Of a stretch of DNA of 64,000 nucleotides, positions 62,964 to 64,000 are shown in pieces. The DNA comes from Candidatus Multivorans sp. (GTDB lineage Bacteria > Acidobacteriota > Thermoanaerobaculia > Multivoradales > Multivoraceae). The translations under genes were made by a program, and so were the position numbers. Location: contig OZ244152.1 in the NCBI GenBank assembly GCA_965216125.1, positions 4,427,947-4,491,946 of the forward strand. Reading direction: 5' to 3'. The notes below the pieces were generated by a model, which was not told where the DNA came from, ran no database searches, and saw only the letters and a program-made list of their open reading frames with translations. The first letter of the stretch is position 1. The number at the start of each line of letters is the position of its first letter.

Positions 62964-63195
62964 TCACCGCCGCTTCGACAGCCGGGCGTCCGGCGGGTCG
63001 CCGATCCACTCCGCCCCCTGCTCCCAGCCGTCGTCGAAGACCGTGTCGCGAATCGGCCGGCGCCGCAGCGGGCCGTGGCGTCCCAGGGGCTTGCCGATCG
63101 TGATCGTCAGTGACAGCTCGACGTCGTCCGGAACCTCCAGAATCTCACGCAGCTCGTCCGCCACGGCGTGATGCCACCCGCTGTAGCAGGCGCCG
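62964..63195 (-). pseudogene. Nitroreductase-family C-terminal remnant (~75 codons), truncated at its 5' side by the neighbouring gene
   Basis: NGACYSGWHHAVADELREILEVPDDVELSLTITIGKPLGRHGPLRRRPIRDTVFDDGW matches the nitroreductase C-terminal consensus. Upstream, the frame runs into the 63196 gene in another frame. Confidence 0.5.
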
Positions 63196-64000
63196 TTACC
63201 GCGTGCAGCCCTCCGGAAACGCCGTCCCGTCCGTGATCGCCGGCGCCGGATGGCCCGGTTCGTTGCGGTACTCCTTCACCACACCCGTGACCGTGTCCGT
63301 CACGCGGATTGAGTTGCCCAGGTCCGTGGTCGAAGCGCCGTACACCCACACGTGACCGTTCATCGCACACCCGTCCAGTACCTTGATCAGCACTTCCCAG
63401 TTCTCCCGGTTGAAGAACGTGAACAACCCCGAGTCGTTCGTGCCCTCATGGACCACGCTGCCGGCGCCGCTTTCGCCGGCGGCCGTCCACCAGGCCACAT
63501 GGACCGCGTAGCGGGAATCCTGAAGGCAGAGCGTCTCCGCGTCCGACACGCAGGCGCCCGCCGGATCGCTCGCCTCGACCAGGAACTTCCGTGACGCCGT
63601 GGACTCGTTCTCGCCGTCGCTCACCCACAGGGTGACCTCGTAGAAGCCGGGTTCCGACCACGCGTGCTCAGGCCTGCGACCCCGCGAACTCGCCCCATCC
63701 CCGAACTCCCACCGGCGCGTCAGCACCTTGCCGGTACTCGTGTCCGTGAAACGCACAGGCGAACCGCCAACAGCCCGGCAAAGATCAGCCCCGCACGCCG
63801 CACCGCTGAAGTCGAAGGCCGCCATGGGGGCGCCGTCGTCGTCATCGTGAATCGTCCCGACCACTTGCAACACCGAGCCGCCGCCGGCCAGCGTGGCGTT
63901 CGTCGGGTTGCGAAGCGTCAACGTGAAGGTCTCCGACTGCGGCTCGTACACCCCGTCGTCCGTTACCGGAACGCGGATCTGGCGCACTGCCGTCGACTGG
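63196..64000 (-). CDS. Extracellular multidomain protein (Calx-beta fragment, PKD domain, shared C-terminal domain). The 5' end lies beyond the window.
   Basis: Calx-beta end LTLRNPTNATLAGGGSVLQVVGTIHDDDD. PKD motif WEFGDG...PGFYEVTLWVSDG. C-terminal domain paralogous to the 61452 gene. The frame is open to position 64000. Confidence 0.75.
   Translation of the reverse strand, partial: QSTAVRQIRVPVTDDGVYEPQSETFTLTLRNPTNATLAGGGSVLQVVGTIHDDDDGAPMAAFDFSGAACGADLCRAVGGSPVRFTDTSTGKVLTRRWEFGDGASSRGRRPEHAWSEPGFYEVTLWVSDGENESTASRKFLVEASDPAGACVSDAETLCLQDSRYAVHVAWWTAAGESGAGSVVHEGTNDSGLFTFFNRENWEVLIKVLDGCAMNGHVWVYGASTTDLGNSIRVTDTVTGVVKEYRNEPGHPAPAITDGTAFPEGCTR

Noticed and set aside
61452-64000. T9SS or PEP-CTERM type sorting signal for the shared C-terminal domain
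   Set aside because: The ~110-aa cysteine-containing domain ending ...FPEGC does not resemble T9SS C-terminal motifs or the short PEP-CTERM or LPXTG tripartite signals. It is kept as an unassigned novel domain.

Overview
This is a 64-kb, roughly 68–70 % GC chromosomal segment from a Gram-negative bacterium. The Gram-negative call rests on a SecA with a C-terminal zinc finger, an outer-membrane DUF5916-like beta-barrel protein, lipoprotein and secreted signal peptides, an F420-type LLM oxidoreductase and a PQQ dehydrogenase. The phylum cannot be assigned from sequence alone; Gemmatimonadota, Acidobacteriota and Myxococcota are all plausible. Gene density is high, with about 60 CDS, and many high-GC antisense shadow ORFs in the track are spurious. 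No rRNA, tRNA, CRISPR array, integrase or transposase was found.

The housekeeping backbone is comM/yifB, an M23 peptidase, secA, guaB, pepP-like, trxA, ribF, rimO and trkA. There is a sulfur-assimilation, siroheme and methionine block (cysH, sirC-like, cobA, a class V aminotransferase, metY). A large acyl-CoA catabolic complement is also present: five ACADs including a FadE-like long form, two family-III CoA-transferases, an acyl-CoA synthetase, an enoyl-CoA hydratase, an orphan hydantoinase B, and several alpha/beta hydrolases, amidohydrolases and esterases.

Accessory content:
- Two Phd/YefM–VapC toxin-antitoxin pairs.
- A glycolipid-type operon: PlsC-like acyltransferase, small membrane protein, GT4 glycosyltransferase and a second glycosyltransferase-like protein that runs off the 5' end of the window.
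- A heavily deleted aldehyde:ferredoxin oxidoreductase (AOR) pseudogene, directly followed by a MoaD-like ubiquitin-fold domain (ending Gly-Gly) that reads through into an intact APH-type kinase.
- An orphan FN3-repeat protein resembling phage tail or host-specificity proteins, with atypical codon usage.
- Two adjacent secreted multidomain proteins that share an unrecognised ~110-aa cysteine-containing C-terminal domain and sit in a disrupted nitroreductase gene.

The most striking non-coding signal is a ~70–78 bp palindromic repeat element present in three near-identical copies. One lies in the 5' leader of the acyltransferase operon. Two lie in perfect tandem in the 5' leader of trkA, abutting the ribosome-binding sites in the same orientation.

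Other non-coding signals:
- A 27-bp perfect palindrome over the cysH start codon.
- A triple ATCGACGCA direct repeat.
- A textbook sigma70-like promoter upstream of the M23/secA genes.
- Several GC hairpin terminator candidates.
- Several small tandem duplications and microsatellites.
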